64,000 nt of DNA from Pseudomonadota bacterium (GTDB lineage: Bacteria > Bdellovibrionota_B > Oligoflexia > Silvanigrellales > Silvanigrellaceae): contig JBDLRP010000039.1 in assembly GCA_039799905.1 (NCBI GenBank), forward strand, positions 128,001 to 192,000, read 5' to 3'. The translations under genes were made by a program, and so were the position numbers. The notes beneath the pieces were generated by a model. That model was not told the origin of the DNA. It saw only the letters and a program-made list of their open reading frames with translations, and did no database searches. Positions 9,622-18,630 of this stretch are shown one piece after another; position 1 is the first letter of the stretch; every line of letters starts with the position of its first letter.

Positions 9622-9682
9622 CTCCTTCTGGATCGCTGCATACACACGTGAGCCCCTGCCTAACATTTGCAGGGGCAAGGAG
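9622..9682 (-). promoter_or_regulatory. Putative S6:S18-type ribosomal protein leader RNA
   Basis: Minus strand CTCCTT-GCCCCTGC-loop-GCAGGGGC-...-AAGGAG. An anti-SD pairs with the rpsF SD around an inner 8-bp hairpin. Confidence 0.55.
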
Positions 9683-10469
9683 ATTACTCAGGCCGACCCG
9701 CATAACCGCTCTTAAGGAGACATGCAAGCTTTCTTGGCCCTCACTCGGTTTAATTCCCCTGCTCCTGTCTATTTCGCAGCCGGCAAGCGCCTCGGCCGAT
9801 GGCGGAACCGGTCCAAAACCCTCTTCTCGAAAATGCACTGCCTCACTCCCTTTGAGCGCGTCGATTGCCGGTGTGTTTGCGGCCGATTGGCGCTGCAAGG
9901 GAACCTTTCAATGGACCATTCAGGCAGGGATAGTGGGATTCGCCTGGAAGAGATGGCTTCCCTACGCGACGGGCAAACTTGCCGTGGGGTATCCGCCGGA
10001 GCATCCGGGCCCCGCAGCGGGTCATCAGCCGACAAGTTCCAACTGGCAGATGGTCGGGCAGGTCTCCTACGTTTTTCTACCAGACGGAGCGTTTGCAAAC
10101 CTCGACAGACTTGCCGCGCGTTCTTCGATCACCACTCCAGCACTGCAGCAGTGGGGTCTGCTGGCAGACGCCGATGCTTCGCTGACCCTGCGTTTGAATG
10201 CAGAGGATAAAAACTCGTTCTTCAATTCCTACTCAATCAAACTCTGGCAAACCCTGCCGCCGCAATGGCGGACGCTGGGTGCACTGCGCGATACACGCGA
10301 TGCCGAACTGCAGGGCCTCATTTTTCAGACTCATCTCGACAAAGACAACTGGAGCGGAACATTCGGCGTCGGGCGGATGGCGATTGCCCTCGATAAAATC
10401 TCGCTGTCATTCTTTTACCCGAAGGCAGAGCTGACCTATCATCTGCAAAGTTCATCCACTCCGCTCTGA
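9648..10469 (+). CDS. Hypothetical exported (possibly outer-membrane) protein; start uncertain
   Basis: Open frame with signal-peptide-like KLSWPSLGLIPLLLSISQPASA and amphipathic beta strands, ending 1 nt before the next gene. In-frame GTG at 9648; alternative frameshifted ATG at 9722. Confidence 0.5.
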   Translation: MSPCLTFAGARRLLRPTRITALKETCKLSWPSLGLIPLLLSISQPASASADGGTGPKPSSRKCTASLPLSASIAGVFAADWRCKGTFQWTIQAGIVGFAWKRWLPYATGKLAVGYPPEHPGPAAGHQPTSSNWQMVGQVSYVFLPDGAFANLDRLAARSSITTPALQQWGLLADADASLTLRLNAEDKNSFFNSYSIKLWQTLPPQWRTLGALRDTRDAELQGLIFQTHLDKDNWSGTFGVGRMAIALDKISLSFFYPKAELTYHLQSSSTPL

Positions 10470-10470
10470 A

Positions 10471-11892
10471 GTGCATAACAACAGAAAGACATCCAACGTG
10501 TTCCGTCTGCGGCAGCAAAGCATCATCGCAATTTCTCTGCTCGCCTGTGCGTGCCGCATCAGCGAGCGCAAGGATGAGCTTTTTTCGGATACTGACGCGG
10601 CTCTCACCGATTTGAACAGCGGTCAGCCCGTCAGCGGTATTTTGCTGTCGGTCGGCGCCGCATCGGCACCCTTCATTCCCGACAAACCAATCGCGCTGAG
10701 TGGATACGGCGGAATCGGTCGCAGACATCTACCGATGCTTTTTTTCCCAGGTGGTGAAACAGCCTTTTGCCGGACTCACGAAAAAATCGACAATCCGCCG
10801 CGCATCAAATCAGCCGTCTTTGATGTGCAGGAAAGCGGCGGCGGGAGAAAAAAACTTGCACTCATTTCTCTTGATCTTGTCGCCGTCACGGCCGACATCA
10901 CACAAAAAACGCATGAAGCCCTGGCATCAGTGATTGCCGGCTTCACTCCCTCACTTGCAAACACTCTGGTGCTCGCAAGCCACACTCATTCCGGTGTTGC
11001 CGGACTGACGCGCCACCCGCTCTGGAGTTCGTTTGCATGCGACACCTTTAATAAAGATCTCAGCGAACAATATTTCTCTCTGCTGCGCCGTGTTACCGCG
11101 GATGCCATCGGTAAAGCGAGACCACTGAAAAGCATTGGCCAAATCGAAAGCAATTTGCCAGCACTGCTAAAAAGCCGCTTCGCCGGAATGCCTGCAGCAG
11201 ATGCGGTGAGCCTCACTGCATTTGAAGATGCGGAAGGAAAGATTCCGTTCGCTGTCGCGCAGATGGCGGTCCACCCGACGTTCTATGGACCGCGTGATTT
11301 GGTTTTGTCGGCCGATTTGGTGGCTCCGTTGGAGGCATCCATCAGGACTAAATCCGGCGCGGAAGAAGTTTTTCTGCTGCAAACGGCGATCGGCAACATG
11401 GACGCCAACCTTGCAGGTGCAACTCCTGAAGCATGGGCCGGACAAATTGCCGAAGGGCTGAGCGCGGGAGCTCGAACACAAACCGACCAACTTTCAATTT
11501 CAACCTCGGCCGGATTTGTCGGCCTGCCCGCCCCCGAGGTCAACTGGCAGGCCTGCGGCGCTTCGTTCGCTCAGCCTTTTGTTTCCTTGCCAATTCTTAA
11601 AGATCTTCCCGCACGTCTGCCCTATACCCGCTGGAATCTGAATAACACTTCAAACATTTTTCTCGCCGGCGAATGGACCAGAAATGCCGCTGAAGAGATC
11701 CGAACTTCTATTTCCGCTGCGCAGACGACACCCGGTGCGGTAAAGATTTTTTCGCTCGCAAACGACTACACCACCTATCATTTGAGCAGCGCTGACTATC
11801 AAAAAAAATCACTTGAATCGTGCCAGTCGATTTATGGCAAAAATGCAGTCGAGAAGATCAGCGCTGCCTTGCGCGAGAACCTTCAGAATTAA
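10471..11892 (+). CDS. Neutral/alkaline ceramidase-family lipoprotein
   Basis: Lipobox LLACAC. LSGYG, ALISLDL, ASHTHSG, AVHPT, LSAD, GE and SLANDY motifs fit the neutral ceramidase N-terminal fold. Confidence 0.75.
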   Translation: MHNNRKTSNVFRLRQQSIIAISLLACACRISERKDELFSDTDAALTDLNSGQPVSGILLSVGAASAPFIPDKPIALSGYGGIGRRHLPMLFFPGGETAFCRTHEKIDNPPRIKSAVFDVQESGGGRKKLALISLDLVAVTADITQKTHEALASVIAGFTPSLANTLVLASHTHSGVAGLTRHPLWSSFACDTFNKDLSEQYFSLLRRVTADAIGKARPLKSIGQIESNLPALLKSRFAGMPAADAVSLTAFEDAEGKIPFAVAQMAVHPTFYGPRDLVLSADLVAPLEASIRTKSGAEEVFLLQTAIGNMDANLAGATPEAWAGQIAEGLSAGARTQTDQLSISTSAGFVGLPAPEVNWQACGASFAQPFVSLPILKDLPARLPYTRWNLNNTSNIFLAGEWTRNAAEEIRTSISAAQTTPGAVKIFSLANDYTTYHLSSADYQKKSLESCQSIYGKNAVEKISAALRENLQN

Positions 11893-12442
11893 CGATCTTT
11901 GCCTTCGCCGTCCAAGCAAACAAGAACGGAATCGCCACAGCCGAGAGTGTCCACCAAATCAACCAGCCAATGTCGCCATGAATCGCACGCATGCCGTGAT
12001 GCATGCCTTCGTGCTGCAAACTCTGCGGCAAAAAATACATCAACAGGCAGCTCACCAGCGTGGATAAAACGGGAAGCCACCAGTAGCGGACAATCAAGCG
12101 CCTGCGCTGAAAGCGATCCAGAAACGAAAATAAAAAAATCACCGGCACAATCGAAAAAACTACTCCACAGACAATCGGACACAGCGGATCCGGCAATCTG
12201 TGCAGAACAGCCGCAACGCTTTGTGAGAAGCCGGTCAGGCCAAATGAATATTGCGAGCATACCGAAAGAGAACTGAAATAACCCAACACCGACAGCAGCA
12301 CGAATGACAAGAAAAAACGTTTCCGAGAGCGATTCAGCTCCGCCGATATTCTGGATTCTGTCTTTTGCATCCGTTCGCCGACCACAGCAGGAATTTCGCC
12401 GGCAGCACCCTCAAATTCCTTCAATTCGTCACTGTGCTTCAT
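11858..12442 (-). CDS. Putative membrane anti-sigma factor, Cys/His/Met-rich
   Basis: ATGA-coupled to the ECF sigma. Four TM segments, SVCSQ, LCPIVCG and HEGMHHGMRAIH. Confidence 0.65.
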   Translation of the reverse strand: MKHSDELKEFEGAAGEIPAVVGERMQKTESRISAELNRSRKRFFLSFVLLSVLGYFSSLSVCSQYSFGLTGFSQSVAAVLHRLPDPLCPIVCGVVFSIVPVIFLFSFLDRFQRRRLIVRYWWLPVLSTLVSCLLMYFLPQSLQHEGMHHGMRAIHGDIGWLIWWTLSAVAIPFLFAWTAKAKIVNSEGSRARQR

Positions 12443-13014
12443 TTGCCGCCCTCCCCTTCGTCACGAGAGACGAACCAAAGCCTGAGTTTCTCGACAGCCC
12501 GGCTGTATATCTTGCGCAGGGTTGCCTCATTTTTTCCGGTTTCATCGGAGATCTGCCGAAAACTTTTTTCATCGATGATCCGCTTCTCCACCACGAGCCG
12601 TTGGACATCGCTGAGTTGCTCAAGACTCTCGCTCAGCTCGTCAGCCGAGTTATGCCAATCGGGCTGATTGGCCTGCAGCTGTGACTCCCTTCGCTGCGTG
12701 TCTTCTGCCCCCTGTAGGGATCTTTTCCGCACTGCAAATTTCCTGATCTCGTCCAAACACGCGTTGTGAACAATGGCGAAAAACCAACTGAGCGCACGCT
12801 CGCCTTTGCGATATTGATGTATCCGTGCGTGCAACTTGACGAAAACATCCTGAACTATGTCTGCGGCCGATTCCGGATGGTGAACTTTACGCAATGCATA
12901 GTGGTACACCCTGTTTTTGTGGCGCAGAAAAAAAAGCTCGAATGCCGCAGACTCGCCCTGAGCATAACGCTCAAGCAGCTCTTCGTCGGTTTCGCCGTTT
13001 TTATCCAAATCCAT
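12439..13014 (-). CDS. ECF sigma-70 family RNA polymerase sigma factor
   Basis: DEELL..YAQGESAAF, AADIVQDVFVKL and SWFFAIVHNACLD. Region 4.2 HTH SFRQISDETGKNEATLRKIYSRA. Confidence 0.93.
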   Translation of the reverse strand: MDLDKNGETDEELLERYAQGESAAFELFFLRHKNRVYHYALRKVHHPESAADIVQDVFVKLHARIHQYRKGERALSWFFAIVHNACLDEIRKFAVRKRSLQGAEDTQRRESQLQANQPDWHNSADELSESLEQLSDVQRLVVEKRIIDEKSFRQISDETGKNEATLRKIYSRAVEKLRLWFVSRDEGEGGK

Positions 13015-13110
13015 TTTCGTCCGTCCGCCGATGCCCAGAACTCACAATGTGCCGCGCGAGTGCTAAAAAATGTCGTCTTTTCAGATTATTACAAAAAACT
13101 TCAAAATCAC

Positions 13111-13137
13111 TGTCACGAACTGAAACCTGCGTACGTA
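13111..13137 (+). promoter_or_regulatory. Putative ECF-dependent promoter
   Basis: TGTCACG-N16-CGTA ending 33 nt upstream of ATG 13171. Resembles the TGTCACA-N16-CGTC ECF41-type consensus. Confidence 0.5.
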
Positions 13138-13170
13138 ATCATATACGAAGCAAAACAGAGGATGTGACTT

Positions 13171-13887
13171 ATGAAGAATTATAACGTTAATTTAGACTGC
13201 TTTAAGAATAAAGCATGTCTGCTGACAGCAACAGCCTGTGCATGGCTCGCTTCAACCGAAGCTAATGCCCATCCCGTGGTCTTTTCTGGCGGGACTGCGC
13301 TGATGGGGCATCAAATGGAGGACATGTCGGAGTTTGAGGTGGTTCACTCACCCACCGCGCGGACAGGCCTTGGCTTAAGCGTAACCCGACACAAGCATGC
13401 CCATGAACTTATTTTCAAGGGTGCGGGTTTGCTCTGGCGCGGAAACTATCCCGACTTTCAAGCGAACGTTTACGCGGTCGCCGGTGCCGGCAGGCAGTTT
13501 GCGCGCAGCCACGCAGGCGACTCAACCTCGCCGCTGATGAAGCGGATTCATGCCAATCCAGCTCTGTATGAATGGGCTCTCTCTGCAGACGGTGAGGACA
13601 GACAAATCTACACCATGAGTGAGTACTCGGAAATTTATGATGGGAAAGGTTTATTGCGCCAGTCGGGCAAACTCCGCCTCGGCTTCGCTCCCTACAAGGC
13701 AGACAGCAACGAGATGTCTCTTTGGGGTATCGTTGAATGGCTGCCGGAGAAGCCGGCGGGCGATCGTAAATGGCTGCACGAAGTCACGCCGATGCTACGG
13801 ATGTTCTATAAAAATGCTTTAATTGAAGCGGGCAGCAGCCTCAACGGCAAATTCACTTTCAATTACATGTTTCACTTTTTCAATTGA
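13171..13887 (+). CDS. Exported hypothetical protein, probable outer-membrane beta-barrel linked to metal uptake
   Basis: Signal ending ANA|HPV, alternating beta strands and an aromatic C-terminus FTFNYMFHFFN. First gene of the HMA/MerT-like operon. Confidence 0.65.
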   Translation: MKNYNVNLDCFKNKACLLTATACAWLASTEANAHPVVFSGGTALMGHQMEDMSEFEVVHSPTARTGLGLSVTRHKHAHELIFKGAGLLWRGNYPDFQANVYAVAGAGRQFARSHAGDSTSPLMKRIHANPALYEWALSADGEDRQIYTMSEYSEIYDGKGLLRQSGKLRLGFAPYKADSNEMSLWGIVEWLPEKPAGDRKWLHEVTPMLRMFYKNALIEAGSSLNGKFTFNYMFHFFN

Positions 13888-13911
13888 GTCCAAACGAGGA
13901 GGTTCGAAGTT

Positions 13912-14217
13912 ATGAACAAGGTTATTCGTCATATTACGGTAGTGTCTTCACTGGCCTTAGGAGTGCTGATGAGCGGAATTGCCTTTGCAGATGACGTCAA
14001 GGTGAGTGTTAATGGGATGGTCTGCGGCTTTTGCGCTCAGGGAATCACCAAGAAGCTGAACAAAACCGAAGCTGTCGAGAAAGTGAACGTCGACCTAGAG
14101 AAAAAGGTTGTTTCCTTCAGCACACTCGCGGGCAAGCAATTCGACGATGCGGCCATCACAAAACTCATCACAGATGCAGGATATTCGGTCGTGAAGATTG
14201 AGAGGAGCAAGCCGTGA
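13912..14217 (+). CDS. Periplasmic heavy-metal-associated (HMA) domain protein, MerP/CopZ-like
   Basis: Signal AFA|DD, GMVCGFCA metal motif and ITDAGY. GAGGAGG SD. Confidence 0.9.
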   Translation: MNKVIRHITVVSSLALGVLMSGIAFADDVKVSVNGMVCGFCAQGITKKLNKTEAVEKVNVDLEKKVVSFSTLAGKQFDDAAITKLITDAGYSVVKIERSKP

Positions 14218-14579
14218 GCAGAGTCTGGGGCAGCCTTGCACTTTTGAGCAGTTCTGCGACGCTCGTCTGCTGCGTGATTCCTGCGCTGCTCGTGGCTCTT
14301 GGATTCGGAGCCACGCTGGCCGGACTCTTTTCGGCTGTCCCGCAGCTCACGCTTCTCAGCGAACACAAGGAAGTCGTTTTCGCTTTTGGCGGTATCATAC
14401 TCGGGGCGGCCGCATATGCGCGCAGCCGTCCTGAAGCACAAACCTGTCCAGCCGACCCAATACTCGCGGCTGCCTGCCGTCGTTCAAAAAAATGGGGCTC
14501 AGTTTTGTTTATGACGGCCCTCGCGCTATACTTTGGCTCGTTATTTTTCGTTTTTATTTTGCCGAAGTTGATAGCCTGA
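14214..14579 (+). CDS. MerT/MerC-like metal transport membrane protein
   Basis: TLVCCVIPALL vicinal Cys pair in TM1, second Cys pair CPADPILAAAC, three TMs. GTGA overlap with the HMA gene. Confidence 0.75.
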   Translation: MSRVWGSLALLSSSATLVCCVIPALLVALGFGATLAGLFSAVPQLTLLSEHKEVVFAFGGIILGAAAYARSRPEAQTCPADPILAAACRRSKKWGSVLFMTALALYFGSLFFVFILPKLIA

Positions 14580-14599
14580 TTCCCAATGGAGAACGAGAC

Positions 14600-15148
14600 A
14601 TGGACGCCCCACTCTATGCAATTCCGCTCAGCGACATTAAGGGAAGACCAATGAACCTTGAAGTTTTTCAAGGCAAAGTCCTCCTGATAGTGAATGTGGC
14701 CTCAAAGTGCGGCCTGACACCACAATACGAGACGCTCGAAAAAATCTACGAGAACTACAAAGCCAAAGGCTTTGAAGTTCTTGGTTTTCCCGCCAATGAA
14801 TTTCTTGCTCAGGAACCCGGAACAAACTCCGAGATTCTCGAATTCTGCGAAATGAAGTTCGGAATTAAATTCCCGATGTTCTCGAAAATTGTCGTCAAGG
14901 GCGATGGAATTCACCCATTGTACGAACACCTGACAACCACTCTTCCGACTGCGACAAAGAATGCGGCGAGCGACTTTGAGCAACGCCTTGAAGGCTTCGG
15001 ACAAAAGCGCAACAAACCGGAAGACATTCTCTGGAATTTTGAAAAATTCCTTGTGTCACGGACCGGCCAAGTCATCGCCCGATTTGCTCCGGACGTAAAA
15101 CCGGACGACCCTCTTCTCATCAGCGCCATTGAAAAAGCACTCGTCTGA
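14600..15148 (+). CDS. btuE: Glutathione peroxidase family protein
   Basis: GKVLLIVNVASKCGLTPQY, LGFPANEF and WNFEKFL. Confidence 0.92.
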   Translation: MDAPLYAIPLSDIKGRPMNLEVFQGKVLLIVNVASKCGLTPQYETLEKIYENYKAKGFEVLGFPANEFLAQEPGTNSEILEFCEMKFGIKFPMFSKIVVKGDGIHPLYEHLTTTLPTATKNAASDFEQRLEGFGQKRNKPEDILWNFEKFLVSRTGQVIARFAPDVKPDDPLLISAIEKALV

Positions 15149-15166
15149 ACGAGTGCTTTTTTTTTT
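15132..15166. terminator. Bidirectional intrinsic terminator between the peroxidase gene and nuoI
   Basis: AAAAAGCACTCGT-CTGA-ACGAGTGCTTTTTTTTTT. The peroxidase stop codon lies in the loop. Confidence 0.85.
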
Positions 15167-15211
15167 GCTTTCACAGATAAACCGACAGAGCGATTCCTTG
15201 AACAGAAATCG

Positions 15212-15802
15212 TCAGTGACCGTCAGAACCACTGAGATGAATGTTGGGCAACAAACTGTCGACGCTGTCGTGTTTGACGTTTTCGTCTTTCTTTGATGTCT
15301 GCTTTTCGCCCACTTTGCGTTTCACGGCATCGCGCTCTAGCAGATAATCCTTCGTGTAAACCCATTTGCGTTCAGCCAGTCCGGCCATTGAATACTCAGG
15401 CCCGAGGCGGATTGCATCCACAGGACATGCCTCTTCGCAATAACCGCAAAACACGCAACGCAAAATGTCGATTTCGAATCGCACGGGATACTTCTCGACA
15501 CCCTTGTCTGGACTCTCGCCCGCGACAATCGTGATGCACTGTGCAGGGCAGTTCGTCGCACACAGGAAACACGCCGTACAACGCACGCGTCCGTCGGGAC
15601 GCTTGGTTAGAAAATGCGCTCCCTTGAATCGATCCGAATATTGATATTCGACTTCCGGCCACTGGACCGTGTTGGACTCCTCAAGACCAAAAACTTGCTT
15701 GGTAAAGGTCACCAACGTGGTCCCCAGCCCAAGCAGCGAGGTCGCAAGATAGCCATTCTTGAAATTGCGCTCGGGATCCCGAGAGACATTCACATATGCC
15801 AT
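15212..15802 (-). CDS. nuoI: NADH-quinone oxidoreductase subunit I
   Basis: CTACFLCATNCP and CVFCGYCEEACPVDAI ferredoxin motifs, and FEIDILRC. Confidence 0.95.
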   Translation of the reverse strand: MAYVNVSRDPERNFKNGYLATSLLGLGTTLVTFTKQVFGLEESNTVQWPEVEYQYSDRFKGAHFLTKRPDGRVRCTACFLCATNCPAQCITIVAGESPDKGVEKYPVRFEIDILRCVFCGYCEEACPVDAIRLGPEYSMAGLAERKWVYTKDYLLERDAVKRKVGEKQTSKKDENVKHDSVDSLLPNIHLSGSDGH

Positions 15803-15819
15803 GCGTCATTCTCCTCGCA

Positions 15820-17301
15820 TTAACCAGCAGTGTGAGCGAGCTTGCCCACTTCCGCAAAATACTCATCCACAGCTTTGACGTTTGTGAAGACTGGAGGATT
15901 GGCCTTGAGCTTCTGTGCCACTCCGTTGAAATTGACAAACGTCCCGCTCTTTTCTGCAAAGGTCTTCACCGGAACCCGCAACCAGAATTTCTTGACCGCA
16001 TCCGTGAGCGAATTGCCGAAGTACACAGCCTTCTTCATTTCCGAAAAACGGCTCAGAGCCTTCTGCAGATTCGGATATCCAGACTCAATTTCAGGTCCCA
16101 TGACGATTGTCGCTTCGGGCGAAATTCCAGCCAAAGCTGAAAAGTCGCCCTTGAGCATCGTAGGCTGAACACCTTGCTCCTTGAGAACGTCCATCATGCC
16201 GCGCGTGTTGGGGTTGCGATCACCGCGGAAAAGAATTCCGTCAAAGTCGTCGATCTTTTCTGACTCATCGCGCCAGACGAAAACCTTCGGCATGCCTTTG
16301 AGCACGGTTTTAAGCGACGCCAAAACGCCCGCATACTCTTCATTTGTGTATTGAGCCGTCAAGACTAGAGCAACCTTGTCGGCAGAGAGTCCCTTCACTG
16401 TATCTACGACTGCCTGCAGGGCTGCCGCAGACGAAATGGATTGCCCGTTCAGCAGCGGAGACGCCAGTCGCGCAGATGCGTTGAGGTGCTCGTACATCGT
16501 ACGGCCCGTATCACACATCCAGTGCCCGTTCACATCTGCGTTGTGACGTGGTTTGAGACGATAATATTCACGCTGATTGCTATTTTGGAACAAGTTGACG
16601 TTGCAGCCCGTTGAGCATCCCGGACACACCGTCTTGGTTTCCTTGAGGAACCACACGCGGCATTTGAAGCGGAAATCCTTAGCCGTAAATGCGCCGACGG
16701 GACAAATATCCGCAAGGTTGTAGCTGTAGTTGTGCTTGATTTTGCGATCTGGATAGGTGCCGATGGTGGCCTGATCGCCGCGGTTGAAGATTCCAAGTGT
16801 GTTGGTTTTGGTCACCTCGTCCTCGAACCGCACACAGCGCGAGCACAGAATGCAGCGCTCGGTGTCCAGCACCAGAGTCTCGCCAACATCAAGTGCCTTG
16901 GGCTTGAGAACCTTTTGGTCTTCCATCTGCGACTGATATTTGCCTACCTTCATGTAGTAATTCTGCAGTTCGCATTCGCCTGCCTGATCGCAGATTGGAC
17001 AATCCAGAGGATGGTTGATGAGGTGGAACTCCAACGCCCATTTGTGCGTTTCTTTCACTTCATCTGAAACGGTATCAACCTTCATGCCTTCGCTTGCCGG
17101 CGTGTTGCAGGCAATCTGAAGCTTCGGCATGCCTTCCACCTTCACCATGCAAAAGCGGCAAACTCCCGCAATCGACAGGCCGGGGTGCCAGCAAAAATGC
17201 GGCACAGATACGCCAGCCTTCTGCGCTGCGTCCATGATTGTACTGCCCGCAGGAACAGTGACCGACTGATTATTAATGCTCAAGGTGACCTGATTTGACA
17301 T
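15820..17301 (-). CDS. nuoG: NADH-quinone oxidoreductase subunit G (short form)
   Basis: PHFCWHPGL..AGVCRFC, HPLDCPICDQAGECELQ, RCILCSRCVRF and CPGCSTGC...CDTGR. Confidence 0.9.
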   Translation of the reverse strand: MSNQVTLSINNQSVTVPAGSTIMDAAQKAGVSVPHFCWHPGLSIAGVCRFCMVKVEGMPKLQIACNTPASEGMKVDTVSDEVKETHKWALEFHLINHPLDCPICDQAGECELQNYYMKVGKYQSQMEDQKVLKPKALDVGETLVLDTERCILCSRCVRFEDEVTKTNTLGIFNRGDQATIGTYPDRKIKHNYSYNLADICPVGAFTAKDFRFKCRVWFLKETKTVCPGCSTGCNVNLFQNSNQREYYRLKPRHNADVNGHWMCDTGRTMYEHLNASARLASPLLNGQSISSAAALQAVVDTVKGLSADKVALVLTAQYTNEEYAGVLASLKTVLKGMPKVFVWRDESEKIDDFDGILFRGDRNPNTRGMMDVLKEQGVQPTMLKGDFSALAGISPEATIVMGPEIESGYPNLQKALSRFSEMKKAVYFGNSLTDAVKKFWLRVPVKTFAEKSGTFVNFNGVAQKLKANPPVFTNVKAVDEYFAEVGKLAHTAG

Positions 17302-17306
17302 CGTGC

Positions 17307-18620
17307 TTACCCTTGTCCGTGAGCAGAGCTCTTGTTCTTGTAATATTCCAAAAACTCATGCGCGAATTTTTGCGGGATGCTGCGCGCGGGTCCTGCAGCG
17401 GCTTCCGAAAACGTACAAATAGTACGTCCCATCATCTTGCCGGCGACCTCAGCGATCTTCTTTTCATCTCCGACTTGTCCTTCGCCCTGAAGAATTCCGC
17501 GCGACATTTTCAGCAACCAGCCGGTGCCTTCGCGACAGGGCGTGCATTGTCCGCAGGATTCGTCTTTGAAAAAGTGCATCAAATTCTCGAGAACCCCAAC
17601 CATGCTGACGTCTTCAGGAATGACAATCACTGCACCTGAGCCAAGCATCGACCCTGCGGCTGCAAACGCTTCGTAGTCCATGGTCATTGTTTCGACTTCG
17701 GCGGCAGTCAAAACGGGAGCGGATGCTCCACCCGGAATCACTGCCTTGAGCTTTTTGCCGCCGATGAGTCCACCGCAGTCTTCATAGATGAAGCGCTTGA
17801 GCGGATATCCAAGTGGAAGCTCATAGCAACCCGGGCGCACGACGGGCCCGCTGATGTTGAATAGCTTTGTACCCGCTGATTTCTCCGTACCGAATTTCTT
17901 GTACGCCTCTGCGCCGTTGCGGATGATCCACGGCACGACTGCGAGCGTCTCCACGTTGTTTACAATGGTCGGTTTGCCGAGATAACCCTTCACCGCAGGA
18001 AACGGCGGCTTCAGTTTGGGCTGCCCCTTCTTTCCTTCCAGCGAGCTGATCAGTCCTGTTTCTTCTCCGCAAATGTATGCACCGGCGCCGATGTAGACAT
18101 CCATGTGGTGCTTGAAACCCGTACCCATGACGTTGTCGCCGAGGTATCCGGCAGCATAGGCTTCTTTGATGGCCTGCTCGCACCAAGCAATTTCTTCGTA
18201 GAACTCGCCACGGAGATAAATGTAGCTCTTGGAGGCGCCAATGGCATAAGCCGCAATCAGCTTGCCTTCGATCAGCATGTGAGCGTTGAGTTCGGCAATG
18301 TAACGGTCTTTGTAGGTACCAGGCTCACCTTCGTCGAAGTTGGTGATGAGATATTTTTCGCCTTCGCCCTTGGGAACAAAGCCCCATTTCATCCCGGTCG
18401 GAAAGCCGGCGCCGCCGCGCCCGCGAAGTCCAGATGCCTTGACGATATTGATAACTTCTTCCTGCGACATTTTGCCCTTGAGAATCTTCTCAAGAGCAGC
18501 ATAGCCACCGTGCTTTTTATAAACTTCGAGCGACCTGCTGTTGGGAATTCCTTCAAGTTCTGTGAGAATCTTGAATTCGTTCGGCTGACGGCCGTTGTAT
18601 GCACTGTTCATTACCGGCAT
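17307..18620 (-). CDS. nuoF: NADH-quinone oxidoreductase subunit F
   Basis: SGLRGRGGAGFPTGMKW, DEGEPGT, GAGAYICGEET and ESCGQCTPCREG. Confidence 0.97.
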   Translation of the reverse strand: MPVMNSAYNGRQPNEFKILTELEGIPNSRSLEVYKKHGGYAALEKILKGKMSQEEVINIVKASGLRGRGGAGFPTGMKWGFVPKGEGEKYLITNFDEGEPGTYKDRYIAELNAHMLIEGKLIAAYAIGASKSYIYLRGEFYEEIAWCEQAIKEAYAAGYLGDNVMGTGFKHHMDVYIGAGAYICGEETGLISSLEGKKGQPKLKPPFPAVKGYLGKPTIVNNVETLAVVPWIIRNGAEAYKKFGTEKSAGTKLFNISGPVVRPGCYELPLGYPLKRFIYEDCGGLIGGKKLKAVIPGGASAPVLTAAEVETMTMDYEAFAAAGSMLGSGAVIVIPEDVSMVGVLENLMHFFKDESCGQCTPCREGTGWLLKMSRGILQGEGQVGDEKKIAEVAGKMMGRTICTFSEAAAGPARSIPQKFAHEFLEYYKNKSSAHGQG

Positions 18621-18630
18621 GCTTCACCCC

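Noticed and set aside
9722..10210. 162-aa ORF starting at the SD-preceded ATG 9722
   Set aside because: Arg/Ser-rich, shadow-like composition. The overlapping frame ending at 10469 looks more protein-like and abuts the next gene.
13912..14579. mer mercury-resistance operon
   Set aside because: MerP/MerT-like genes are present, but there is no merA, merR or transposon context in the window.
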